The notes under the pieces are model-generated. The model was not told the origin of the DNA, ran no database searches, and was given only the letters and a program-made list of their open reading frames with translations. Positions 9,991 through 21,814 of a DNA stretch of 35,020 nucleotides are shown here, piece by piece. Position 1 is the stretch's first letter; every line of letters starts with the position of its first letter. The position numbers and the translations under genes are program-made. Origin of the DNA: Chiloscyllium plagiosum (taxonomy: Eukaryota); assembly GCF_004010195.1 (NCBI RefSeq), contig NC_057718.1, positions 15,931,309 through 15,966,328 of the forward strand. Direction: 5' to 3'.

Positions 9991-11559
9991 GAAGCAAATA
10001 TGATCAAATAACCAGTTGATCCAAGTGACTTGAATTTGTAACTTTCCCATTGATAGTAAAACACTCAACTGCTCAAGCTAAAAAGCAACCCGTTTTACTG
10101 AGTCCAGATATTTTCATTGCAACAGGTGTTGATATTTTATATTCCAGAATCATGCCCAATGTGCATATATCTGTTTGCCTTAAAATACTGATGTCAATGC
10201 AGACATTTTCCCTGTGTTATTGCATTTGCAAAGATCAATCCCTCTTTTAAAAAAATAACAGTATTGACATTTGGGAAGGTTAAGAGTCTATTTATTCATA
10301 TTAACATGAAACATACTGAATATACTGTACACAGAACAGACAAGTTGTGGACCCTGAGCATGATTGACAGATGTAGGTGAGGTGAGAATCCCATGCCAGG
10401 CATGCAGCATCACCGAGAGAAGCACATGAGAAAAAGACCAAAAAGTAGGCAGTCAGAAAGCTGATTGGTTCTTGCTCTATTACAGCAAAAAGAGATAGCT
10501 GTTTGGTGGTCTCTGGTAAGAAATTAATGTATTTTCTATTCTTAAATTTTAATATAGGAGACAAATTGAAATAGAATATATAAAAACCAACAGAAATAAG
10601 TGAATAACATATAAATAATGAATATGTATTAAGAATGGCATTCATTTGATGTGTCAAGGCTGCAGCATGTAGAAGCTCCTGGATAAGTTTAAACAGCTTT
10701 GGCTTGCAGTTTATGAACTGGAGGCTCTTTTAGCAAGCAGTGACTCAAAGCAATGCATCCAATAGTTTTCACCATACTCAATGGACCACCAGTTGTCATT
10801 AACAAGCAAACTTATTTTCAGTAGTAAAACGCTTAGAGCAAGGATGTACTGAGATATTGTTAAAATTCCCTTCTATTTTTGAGATGCTTGTTGAAATTCA
10901 AGATCAATGAATAAAGCAGTGCATTTTGATACAATTTAGCTGTGTCCAAATCAAGGTGTGATAGGATTTTACATAAAACACTAACATTGGAAATTATTGT
11001 ATGTGCAGTATGAAATGGAAGGAAATTAGTTATAGGAAGCCATTAATACTTAATACTCCAGTGGAAGTGCATTCTCCACTTGTTTACTTTTTTGTGTACT
11101 CCAGTTTAAATAAACTAAACTTGATAAAATGTAACACAGGTGAATTTTAAAGTTATTTGTGATCTAAACTATTCTTCTTTAAAACGTAATTACATCAGTA
11201 GTTGGTAGAGCAACTTTCTTGCTTTTTGTACATGACAAGAATTAATAGTTTTGCTGCATATTGAGATGAGTTTAGACAGACAAAACATGGCACCTCTAAG
11301 GATTTTCTGAAGTAATGTGTAGTTTTTACAAGGTGTTTTTTGTAACAGAAGTTGAGTATATTGAATAAGACATTCAAGGAAGAGATTAATCAATTCCTCA
11401 GGTTGTAACAGAACGTTTAAGCTTTGTTCTTTATTTGTAGAGTTCTATAAGTGAGAGTATCTTTCCTCACTTGATATTTTCTTTTGCTCAGGTTAGCCCT
11501 ATCCTCCATGTCAGAAATCACATGACACCAGGTTATAGTCCAACAGGTTTATTTGAAAT

Positions 11560-11594
11560 CACAAGCTTTCAGAGTGTAGCCCCTTTGTCAGGTG
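11560..11594 (-). ncRNA. Decayed minimal hammerhead ribozyme in PLE terminal repeat
   Basis: CAC-CTGACAA-A-GGGGC-TAC-ACTCT-GAAA-GC-TT-GTG; core G mutated and stem II imperfect. Confidence 0.55.
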
Positions 11595-11777
11595 AACTGA
11601 GGGATAAGCCTAGAAATTATAGGCAGAGAAATCAAGGGCAGAGAGGTCACTCAAATGGTGTGAGTGGTGTGTTGATTAACAAGTCTCTGCAGGTGATCAA
11701 AAGTGTCAGACAGTGTGAGTAAAATGTCAACAGCTGAATAACAAGTGAAGGGATGACCTATAATCTGATTAAATGAG

Positions 11778-12005
11778 GCAGAGAGATAATTACAAAAAAT
11801 TTAAATTTAGGTGGTGCTGGAGACAATCCAAATGACTGGCATAATATGATAAGTGTAAGAGTCGCATGCCAGAGATCCAAGATGGTGGCGAAGCAGAGAG
11901 ATAATTACAAAAAATTAAAAATTAGGTGGTGCTGGAGACAATCCAAATGACTGGCATAATATGATAGGTGTAAGAGTCGCATGCCAGAGATCCAAGATGG
12001 TGGCG
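11778..12005. repeat. 113-bp tandem duplication spanning the PLE/L1 5' junction
   Basis: 11778-11890 and 11893-12005 nearly identical, separated by AA; each ends ...GCATGCCAGAGATCCAAGATGGTGGCG. Confidence 0.95.
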
Positions 12006-12006
12006 G
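11992..12006 (+). promoter_or_regulatory. YY1-like motif at L1 5' end
   Basis: CCAAGATGGTGGCGG starts ~6 nt inside the L1; one C>T (CpG-type) change from CAAGATGGCGGC. Confidence 0.55.
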
Positions 12007-12176
12007 TCTGAGTGGTCTGCTGTGCTGGGCTCTGTGCCATACCCCCTGTCAAGGTGCATCTTTATCCCCTCCCCCCCCCTTCCCCCCAGTAACCACCCCA
12101 GGAGAAAAATCGATAATATAAAGTTACTGAACACCTGGAACTGCTAAAATTGTGGTTTGACAGCTCCAAGATCAGG

Positions 12177-13013
12177 ATGAAGGCGAATAAAGGAAAAGGG
12201 GCAAAAGGAATACAGCAAGCAGGGCACTCCCCTACCCTGTAGCCATTGCTCAAACTCCTGGGGTGGCCCCTTTGGATTTAATGGGGCAGCAGCATTTACT
12301 CTCGGAGTTTGGCAAACTCCAAGAAAAGATTGAAACAGCAATGGAGCCGATATCTGCCATGCTGAAAAAGCATGAGCAGGAGGTTCAAACACAGAAATGA
12401 AGAGTAGAAGCAGTGGAACAGAGAACCGCGGCATCGGAGACTGTGGTGGAGGTCTCGGGAGGAAGGATCCAAACACTGGACAACCAGGTTTGGGTCCTTC
12501 AGGAACAAGTGGACGACCTGGAAAACAAAAGTAGAAGAAAAGACTTACGGCTCGTGTGTCTCCCAGAGCGCAAGGAAGGCGAGGACCTTGTTGGATTCCT
12601 GAAGAAGTGGCTCCCAAATTTCGTGGGGCTGGAGTTGGAATCGGGCCTAGTGAGTGTGGAGGGGCCCACCAGATCACAATGGCAGGTCCAGGCCGGATCC
12701 ACGCCCCAACCCGATACTAGTGCGACTCCTGCATTATAAAGAAAAACAATTAGTGATTGAAACAACAAGAAGACTGAGAGGAGATCCACAGGTTTTAATA
12801 TACAAAGGCTCAAGAATAGTGTTTTTTCAGGACTTCTTAGGAGCCATAATTAAGAAGGGAAAGGCATTTGATGAAGTTAAGAGAAAATTAAGGGATCTGA
12901 ACATTCAATATTCCTTGAGGTACCCGGCGGTGTTGCATTTCATCCACAGAGGGACGGTACATAATTTTGATTCAGCAGAAAAGGCCAAGGACTCTTTGAA
13001 CTCTTTGAAATAA
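12177..13013 (+). pseudogene. L1 ORF1p (coiled coil, RRM, CTD), frameshifted
   Basis: VDDLENKSRRKDLRLVCLPERKEGED; PRPNPILVRLLHYKEK; IVFFQDF...KAFDEVKRKLRDLNIQYSLRYPAVL across several frames. Confidence 0.88.
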
Positions 13014-13603
13014 AAGACTCGGGTTGGGAATGGGGTAGGGAGGATCAATATTATGGACAAAGGTACAGTTTTTCTTTACTTTTTCTGCTGCCCTTTTCCT
13101 CCTCTCTCCCCTCTTTGTGGTTATCGGTTTTTCTAGCTTTTGTACTGCCTTGGTGTAAAACCTGATTTATTTACCATTTTGGTCAGTTGGTTATTGTCTG
13201 GGTTTTTTTGCTACTGTTCTTTTTTTTGGATTGGGCGGGCTATATCTGTGGTTAAGACGTAAGGAGGAGAGGTGTGGAGGGGGCAGGGTGGGTGTCCAGT
13301 GTTAACTCTCAGGAATGTAAATAACATGTTTTCTTTATCTGTACATTGGCTGGGACTAGGGCACGGCTTCAGCGATGGTAGCAAGGATTGGGAGGATTGC
13401 CTCCTATGGGCAAAGAGGGAGATCTCTAGTGAATTGGGGTTTATTTGGGTGTTTGTTTAAGTTAAGTGTAGTGGTTAGCTTTTTAGTTGTAGTAGTTTTT
13501 ATAGGAGTAGTTTTTAGACATTATTGAGTTAATAACTTTTTCACTCGCCGCACCTCAGATAAGCTTCCTTCTCTTGGGAAACCACAGGCTGCCCTGGATG
13601 ACC

Positions 13604-16600
13604 ATGGCTAGTGATTTGTTCAGGTGGTGCACCTGTAATGTAAAAGGGAGCCATCCCCCCATTAAAAGAAAGAAGGTGCTGTCAAGCCTTAGGAAGGAAA
13701 GGGTTGACATTGCCTTGCCCCAGAAGATGCATTTAACTGATAAGAAACACCTGAAGCTGCAGCAGGGGGTTATGACAGGGTATTCGTCTCCTCCGTTAGC
13801 TCCAAGAGTAGCGGAGTGGCTATATTGGTGAGAAGGAATCTCCCGTTCCAGGTAACTGAGCAAATTAAGGATGAACATGGATGGTTCATCAGTCTTAAAG
13901 CTCTAACACATAGAGAAGAGTAAGGCGTCCTGAATGTTTATTGTTCCACTGGCACACCCTCTGAAATTTCTAATTGATGCAGTTGCTGAATTAATGATTC
14001 TGGGGGTGTATTGCACGACCATAGAAGGGGATTTTAACTGCCTAATAGGTCCCGGGGTAGACAGGATGCCAAGGGGCCCAGCAGGTTCGCCCACACAATC
14101 TAGACAGTTGGTAGACTTGTGTGAGGTGTTCGGATTAGTGGACATGTGGAGGTATCCCCACCCTAATGGAAGAGACTTTACTTTCTATTCCAACCCACAC
14201 AAGTGCCACACGTGAATTGACATGTTCCTTATGCTGTCAGTCTGCATGGACAGAACATTGGCTTGCTAAATTGAGAATATAACTATCTCGGACCATGCAC
14301 CAGTGTACTTAAATGTCAAAATGAAGGGTGGCAGAATAGATATATGGCACTGGTGCATGGACCCATTCCTGTTAAAGGATAGCAAACATTACAAGAGAGT
14401 TCAGGGCCTTCTGGGATACCAACTTGTGTACGGCCAGTAATCCAGCAATACTTTGGGAGGCCACTAAGGCATACTTACGAGGCCTGATCCTTTCATATTC
14501 AGCAACTAGAAGGAGGCAGATGGAGGAGCAGCAACGGATGCTGGAGACCCAGCTGAAGGTAGCTGAGGAAGCATATTATAGTAGGCCTTCATTGGTCAAG
14601 CTGTAGCGGGTCACGGCTCTCCGGGGCTGCTCTCGACTCAGTGCACACACAGGTGGCAAAAAAAGAGGTCTTCTTTGCTGAACAAAGATTGTTTGAATTT
14701 GGAGATAAGCCAGGTGGATATCTGACATACCTGGCTAGAAAGAAAAATGCTTCCCAACCCATTATGTCTGTTAGAGAGAAGGCTGGCACGGTTACCCGTG
14801 AGTTGAAGAAGATCAATGTTAGATTTCGGGAATACTTTGCAGAGTTATATCAGTCGGAGGGAGACGAACATGGTGCAGCGAGAACCTGGACCTCCCCAGT
14901 ATAAACGCGGAACAGGTCTTCATGTTAAATGCACCTATGATGATACAAGAGGTGCAGGAAGCAATAAAGCATCTCCAGGGTGGCAAAGCACCGGGACCAG
15001 AGCGATACCCAAGTGAGTTTTATAAGGAATTCTTAAATGTGTTGGTGGGGCCACTTTTGGGGATGTATAAGTATTCATATGCACAGGGTTGTCTTCTGCC
15101 CTCTCTTAGGGAGGCTAATATCTCCCTCATTTTAAAGAAGGGGAATACCTCAAAGAATGTGCTTCATACAGTCCAATTTCATTGTTAAATGTAGACTTTA
15201 AAATTCTGTCAAAGGTGCAGACCCTGAGGTTCCATGTAGCTCCTCCAACAATATCACGAAGAGACTGAACATAGTGCAGGTATGCCAGCAAAGATTGATC
15301 CCAGGTTTGGTGGTCTCCCTAGACGCAGAAAAGGCGTTTGACTGAATAGAATGGCTGTACCTGTTTGGGGTCCTAGAGGGCTTTGGTCTGGGGGGAGCCT
15401 TTGCTAGGTGGGTGGTGGTGTTGTATAATGATCCTAAGGTGGCAGTCATCACAAATGGCACTAAGTCAGATAACTTTAATATTGGGAGAGGTAGCCGACA
15501 GGGATGTCCTCTTTCACTGCTGTTATTTACCTTGGTAATTGAGCTGTTAGCCGAGACCATTGGGAAGGATCCTGAAATCGTGGCGCCAAGGGTGGGAATG
15601 GGGGGGCATAAGATCACCTTATACGCTGATGATTTCCTTTAGTTCTTGACCAATCCAGAGGAGTCCATTCCTTGATTGATTCAAAAAATTAATTTATTTG
15701 GCAGTTTTTTGGGATACAGGATCAACTTCACAAAATTGGAAGCCATGCCGGTGGGGAGGATTAGTGGAGGTGCCTGATCTGAAGGATGGAATGCAGTTCT
15801 CGTTTAGCTGGTCATCAAAAGGTTTTATTTATATTTGGGAATATTTATTACCCCTCCCTTACACCAGCTGTATAAAGCTAACTATGCACAATTACTAGAG
15901 AGTATAAAATAGGGGATTTGCAGCGGTAGGAGGGATTACTGTTATCATGGTGAGGCCGAGTAGCCCTGATTAAAATGAACGTTCTTCCTTGCTGTTGTAT
16001 CCCATGAGGATGCTCCCATTGTTGCTACCCAGACGAGTGTTACGGAGGCTCAATGATTGGTTAGGGTCCTTTATTTGGTATCGCAGGCACCCTCTAATTT
16101 TATTAAACTTTCGTTGGGTGAGGGAGGAGTGGACCTTTTGGATTTGAAGAGATATCAAATAAGCACCCTGTTAGCATATGTGGGGGATATTCGGAGTCAA
16201 TTTGGCTTGACGTTGAAGCCTCACAGTTGCGACATCCCCTAGTTAATGTATTATTCATGGATAAGATGAAATCTGTGATTGAGCAGTGTAAGACACCAAT
16301 CATTTTAAATATGGTGAAAGCTTGGAGGATAATGAGGCAAGACGGGGGCAATTTGCTTAAGACCTCGCTGTTTACCTCATTGGTGGGAGCCCAAAGATTT
16401 AAACCTGGGGCAATGGTCTCCGGCTTTAAGCTATGGGAGAATAATGGAATCTCTTATTTGGGAGATTTATTCGAGGGGGAGGTCTTGATGTCATTTAGCC
16501 AACTAAGTCAGAAATATTAATTGTCTAATAGGGACCTTTTCCGGTACTTTCAGATAAAGGATTATATACAGAGGAAGACCATGCTCCTGGCTCAGCCTTA

Positions 16601-17260
16601 CAAGTCAGACGTGGAGAAAAGAGTGCTCTGGTGCATGAACGCTTTTTCAGTTAGTACTCTGTATCATTTACAGAAAGGATGTGCCTTAGGAGATATGGAG
16701 AAACTCTGCAGGACATTGGAAACTTGAGAAGATATATGGGAAAATGTAAAGAAAATCTCAATATGTAACAAAGCACAGGCCATGCAACTGAAGATTTTAC
16801 ACAGGGCTCACATGGCACCAGAGAGGTTAGCTAAGTTCAAGGGAGGAGCATCTCCAAGGTGTCCCAAATGTAACATTAGTATAGGCACTCTCACACACTG
16901 CTATTGGTCATGTTGCAAGATCCAGAGATACTGGAGTGTCATAGTAAGGGAACTGAAGGAAATCCTGGGAATTGAAGTCAAAGTAGACCCAGTATTTCTT
17001 CTTCTGGGGTTGCCAAATTTGCCCTCTCTGGGGGAGCACGGAAAGAGACTGTGTAATATTCTTACAATTAATGAATTGTATGTTGGAAAAACCCCCAGGT
17101 CTTATGGGGTCACACAGCCTGGTTATGGAGCATCTCCCCCAAGACTATCTCACAAATATGGTGCACCACAAAACAGAGCAGTTTTATAAGACGTGGTGGC
17201 CCTTTTTAAATTATATTGATGCAGACTTATCAACAATATTAATTAGGGCCATGAAAAAGC
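13604..17260 (+). pseudogene. L1 ORF2p (AP endonuclease, RT, CCHC), many stops and frameshifts
   Basis: CTCNVKG, EGDFNC, SDHAPV, KAPGPE, SLDAEKAFD, GSRQGCPLS, LYADD (YADD 15622-15633), CPKC..GTLTHCYWSC. Confidence 0.92.
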
Positions 17261-17661
17261 CATGGAATCAGTTTGGGTGCCTGTGTGACCCTGGGAGGGG
17301 AAGCTGGGGGATAAAAAAATGTGTGCCATGACTGGTACCCCCAGGGGTGGGAGCTTTAGTGGCGGTGTGGTGAGTGAAATAGAATAAAGCAATGTGATAT
17401 AACTTAAGATAATTTGAATTCGAGCTTAATTAGTTTTTATTTAATTTGATTGTAGTTTAGTTTAATAGAAGATTTGAAAAAGTTTTTAATAAAAATATTT
17501 ATATTTTTTAAAAGTTGCATGCCGAGGGTCTAATCAAAGTAATAAGTAATCCAAAACTATATAAACTAATTAAGGTAGAGAGATCATAGCAAGTTATCAA
17601 GGTGATGGTTTCAAACAGAACAGTAAGCAAGATATTACAAATACAGAACAGTATGGTGGAG

Positions 17662-18750
17662 TTACATGTAGCACAACATGAACTCAGAATCACAGTTGAG
17701 GCCATTTTCATGGGTACAGAACTTGGCTATCAGTTTCTGTTTGGTGATTCTGTGTTGTTGTGTATCTGGAAGGCCACCTTGAAGGACACATACCCAAAGA
17801 TCGGAGGCTGAATGTCCTTGACTGCTGAAGTGGTCCCCAATTGAGAGGGAACATTCCTGTCTGGTGATTGTTGCACAGTGTCCATTCATCCATTTTTGTA
17901 GCGTCTGGATGGGCTCGCCATGCTTTGGGGCACCTTTGCCCACAATGTATGAGATAGACAATAGCCAAGTCACATAAGTATCTGCCGTGTATGTAGTGGG
18001 TGGTGTTCCCACGTGTGATGGTAGTATCCATGTCAATGATCCAACATGTCTTGCAGAGGTTGCTATGGCAGGGTTATGTGGTGTTGTGGTAGTTTGCTGT
18101 GAACAATGGTCTGTTTAAGGTTTGGCAGTTGTTTGAAGGTAAGAAGTGGAGGCATAAGGATGACCTTGTTGAGATGTTCGTTGTCATCGATGACATGTTG
18201 AAGGCTGCGAAGAACATGATGTAGTCTCTCCGCTCTGGGGAAGTATTGGACAATGTAGGGTACTCTGTCAGTCATATCCTGTATCTGTCTTCTGAGGATG
18301 TTATTTGGTTTTTCACTATGGCACTTTGGAACTGGCGATCAATGAGTTGAACATTGTAACCTGTTCTTATGAGGGCATCCTTCAAAATCTTTTGGTCTCC
18401 ATCACATTCCTCATCATCTGAGCAGATCCTGTATAGGCACAGGGCTTGTCCATAGGGAATGACTTCTTTAATATGTTCAGAATGGAATCTAGAGAAATGC
18501 AGCATCATGAGATTTTCAGTTGGCTTGTGGTAGAGTGAGGTACTGAAGTTCCATCCTAGATGGAGATTCATGTGTCCAAGAATGAGACTGATTCTGAAGA
18601 GTAGTCCATGGTAAATTTGATGGTTGGATGAAACTTGTTGATATCACTATGTAGTCATTTCAGTGATTCCTGACTATGAGTCCAAAGGAAGAAAATGTCA
18701 TTGATGTATCTGGTGTATAGCATTGGTCGGAGGTCCTGCACAGCAAAGAC
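17662..18750 (-). pseudogene. PLE polyprotein remnant (RT C-terminal half plus GIY-YIG endonuclease)
   Basis: LYTRYINDIFFLW (YIND at 18697-18708, from YIDD), INKFHPTIKFT, FLDT, IPYGQAL..RICSD, IVYLIHC, TLQKWMNGH, LIAKFCTHENGLN; the YIG half-motif appears deleted. Confidence 0.88.
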
Positions 18751-18754
18751 CTTC

Positions 18755-18863
18755 TTGTGGTAGTTCTGTTCCTGTGTGACCCTGTAGTATACCAAAATCA
18801 TACAATACAAAAAGCACTTAGAAGTGTTGGTGATCTAATTGCATTATAGCAGAACTGACTGTA
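18755..18863. mobile_element. Internally deleted copy of the Tc1/mariner-type MITE
   Basis: Aligns by eye to 25897-26113; ends CATTATAGCAGAACTGACTG-TA. Confidence 0.55.
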
Positions 18864-19160
18864 TCACTTTGGTTAGACCCTTGGCTGCAACTCTTATACC
18901 TATCATGTTATTCCAGTCATTTGGTTTGTGTCGAGCGCCATCTTTTTTTTGTAAGCGTGTCCCTACCTCATTTAATCAGATTATAGGTCATCCCTTTGCT
19001 TGTTATTCATTTGTTGACACTTTACTCACACCATCTGACACTTTTGATCACCTGCAGAGACTTATTATTCAACACTCCACTCACATGATTTGTATGATCT
19101 TATGATCTCTCAGCCCTTGATCCACCTGCCTATAAATTCTGTGTCTGTTCTCTCTCATTT

Positions 19161-19195
19161 CACCTAATGAAAGGGCTATGCTCGGAAAGCTTGTA
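19161..19195 (+). ncRNA. Decayed minimal hammerhead ribozyme in inverted PLE repeat
   Basis: CAC-CTAATGA-A-AGGGC-TAT-GCTCG-GAAA-GC-TT-GTA; core CUGA mutated to CUAA. Confidence 0.55.
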
Positions 19196-19283
19196 ATTTC
19201 AAATAAACCTGTTGGACTGTAACCTGGTGTCGTGTGATTTCTGACTTTGTCCATCCCAGTAAAACACTGGCACCTCCAAATCA

Positions 19284-19441
19284 CGCTTCAGAAACAGTGC
19301 TTAAAGTGTTGCTGATGTAATTGTGTTACAGCCAACGCATGTTTTAAAAGTTTGTACTTTAGAAACAGTATCCCCAATTCATCAATTGCAGTACATTGAA
19401 TTTGTGTTAAAGAAATGCACATTATAGCAGAATGACCTGTA
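19284..19441. mobile_element. Tc1/mariner-type MITE, left end missing
   Basis: Matches ~25960-26115; ends CATTATAGCAGAATGACCTG-TA. Confidence 0.75.
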
Positions 19442-20837
19442 CTGGAAATCAAGCCTCACTATTTCCAGGGTTGTCACAAATGTGAAAATAGACAGAGAAA
19501 GATGAGTGGAAGCTGGCCAGCTACTGGAAACATTGTAGTTTCTCCTCACAGGACAGAAACATAGACAGATGTTTGATGCTTTTTCTGTTCAGGCTTGAAG
19601 TTTCGGTTGCAATGACTCCACACAAGCCATGGTCACCTGGTCAGGAACCAATCAAAAAACTGTTGTCAAGCAATTGTCTGTGTGTTCACAACCCATAAGC
19701 TCTATTGTGTCTGCTCTTGCTTTCACTGTTCTGGGAAAAGGCAACAATATGTACAACTCACAATGTGACCCAGGAAACATGATTTTTTAAAACCTGCAGC
19801 CATATATTTGCAGAGTCACTTTGGTTTAAAACTGTATTTTGCTTTTTTAGTCCAGATGTAAGGAATGAAAAATGTTGTTTTTCCATAATATACGAAGACA
19901 ATTAGCAAACTCCCAAAAAACACAACGTGATTATGACCAGATAATATTGGACAAGACACTGACGATAAGGTCGAAGAGAGGAGGCAGAGATGAGCAAGAG
20001 AAACAGTGTAAGTCCAGCATGTTCAAAGATCTTCAAAGAGCATATTATGCTTTCATAGATTCAAGTAAAGATGAAGAAGAAAAATGAAGACCAGTTTATG
20101 GGTAAAATATAATCTTCAGTGTTATAAATGTTGTTTTGAACTTGTTACAAAGGCACTTCATATTTAATATTTACTGGAGGAGTTATGTTTTGAAGTATTG
20201 AGGAAAACCTGATTCAGGTTTAAAGGAAATATTTAGGACAGTTTCTTTAAAAGAGGTCATTGAAAGGTCACCATGAACACTGAAGTTCTTTTTCAAAGCA
20301 CTTCCTAGGAATCACCTGACTGATGATAAATGCTGTCCACCCCTACTGGGGTTATTTGATTAGTGAATAGAGGAATAGTGCTTTGGAAACCGGAATTAGT
20401 TGGGGCCGGAGAACTCCCAGCAGATCTCATATTTGAGAAATCTGAACTGTTGAGTTCTGGATGAAACCTATTTGTCCTTCTGAAATAACTATTGAAGGAA
20501 CTTCTTATTGTTGCATTTCCTGAACAAACTGTCTCAGGAATTTTGATGGATACAACCACACATGATGAGTGACTTGACTACATGTACCTGAAAATCAGAA
20601 CAACAGACTTCAAGATATTCTCTACATCATCCTTTTGCCTTCAAGAATACCCCTCCTGGCTAGAAAGCATGTGTTTTCTAAAGTGAAGCTCTGCAGAGAG
20701 TTTTTTTCTCTCTGTTCCTTAAGTGTGTCTATGAGTTATGCGTTTGTTTTGGATGATTTGGAGGAGTAAACATTTTATACTTCTACACTATTAATAGTGT
20801 ATGTTAACAAGTCATTACATAATCATTGAACAATCTT

Positions 20838-21290
20838 TGAATCATGAAATCATACAGTGCAGAAGAGGCTTTTCAGCACTGTCAAAAAAAATCTACAAGT
20901 GTACTAATCATACTCACCAGCACTAGGCCCATAGGCTTGAATGTTATGACATTTCAAATCCTCATCCAAACACTTTTCAAAGTTTACGAGGTTACTCATC
21001 CCAACTACCCTGTGAGGCAGCACATTCCAGATTCACACCACCCTCTCGGTAAAAACAATTGTCCTCAAACCCCTTCTCAACCTCTTGCCCTTCACCTCAA
21101 AACTATGCACCCTTGCTATTAACCTTTCAATTAAGGGGAACAGAAGCTTCCTATCCACACTGTCCATGCCCCTCATTATCGTACATACCTCAATCTGGTT
21201 TCTTAGCAATCTCTGTGCTAAGGAAAATAACCCAGGCTTATCCAGTCTCTTTTCATAGCTAAACTACTCCATCCCAGCAACATCCTGGTG
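20838..21290 (-). mobile_element. CR1-type LINE 3' fragment
   Basis: Reverse complement of a CR1 ORF2 end (CCAGCAACATCCTGGT; CACCACCCTCTCGGTAAAA); tail GAATCATGAAATCATA. Confidence 0.75.
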
Positions 21291-21655
21291 GTGGTGGGTT
21301 GTTTTTTGGACTGGAGGTTTGTTACCAGTGATGTCCCGCAGGAATTGGTGCTGAGTCCACTGTTATTTGTTGTTCATATAAATTGATTTGGATGAGAATT
21401 TAGGAGGTGTGGTTAGTAAATTTACAGGTGACACCAAAATTGGTGGTATAGTCAACAGTGAAGAAGGTATCTAACAAAGGGATCTTGATCATTTGGGTCA
21501 ATGGACCAAGAAGTGGCAGATGGAGCTTAATTTGGATAAATGCAAGCTATTGCAGTTTGGTAAAGTGAACAAGGGCAGGACTAATACAATTAATGGTAGG
21601 ACCCTGGGTATGTTGCAGAACAAAGACCTAGGGGGTTCAGGTGCATAGTTCCTTT
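21291..21655 (+). mobile_element. CR1-type LINE RT fragment
   Basis: VTSDVPQELVLSPLLFVVHIN.LDENLGGVVSKFTGDTKIGG; KWQMELNLDKC. Confidence 0.85.
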
Positions 21656-21814
21656 AATAAATGCAGTCTTTGGGTTGTTATCAAAACAATATTGGGAGGA
21701 ATTTAACTAGTTCTGTAGGGGACATAAAGTGTTAGTACATTAGGGGCACAATATAATTCATTAAAGGATCTAAGGCAGAGGGACTTTCATCACATTGAGT
21801 TTCAAGGGAGTGAT

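Larger units (their letters stand above)
11986..17508 (+). mobile_element. Full-length decayed L1 LINE
   Basis: 5' UTR, ORF1, T-rich spacer, ORF2 (EN-RT-CCHC), AATAAA at 17488-17493; TSD TAAGAGTCGCATGCC (11971-11985) / TAAAAGTTGCATGCC (17509-17523), 13/15. Confidence 0.92.
11510..19283 (-). mobile_element. Decayed Penelope-like retroelement with inverted terminal repeats, interrupted by an L1
   Basis: 11510-11860 is the reverse complement of ~18891-19245; RT and GIY-YIG remnants at 17662-18750; decayed hammerheads in both repeats. No TSD found, so one insertion event is inferred rather than shown. Confidence 0.75.

Noticed and set aside
12144..12677. 177-aa antisense ORF in the L1 (ORF0-like)
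   Set aside because: Shadow frame of ORF1 with no recognisable motif; conservation cannot be assessed from one copy.
20838..21655. Single twin-primed inverted CR1 insertion
   Set aside because: The geometry fits, but no TSD is visible and the halves look like different subfamilies or ages; unresolved.
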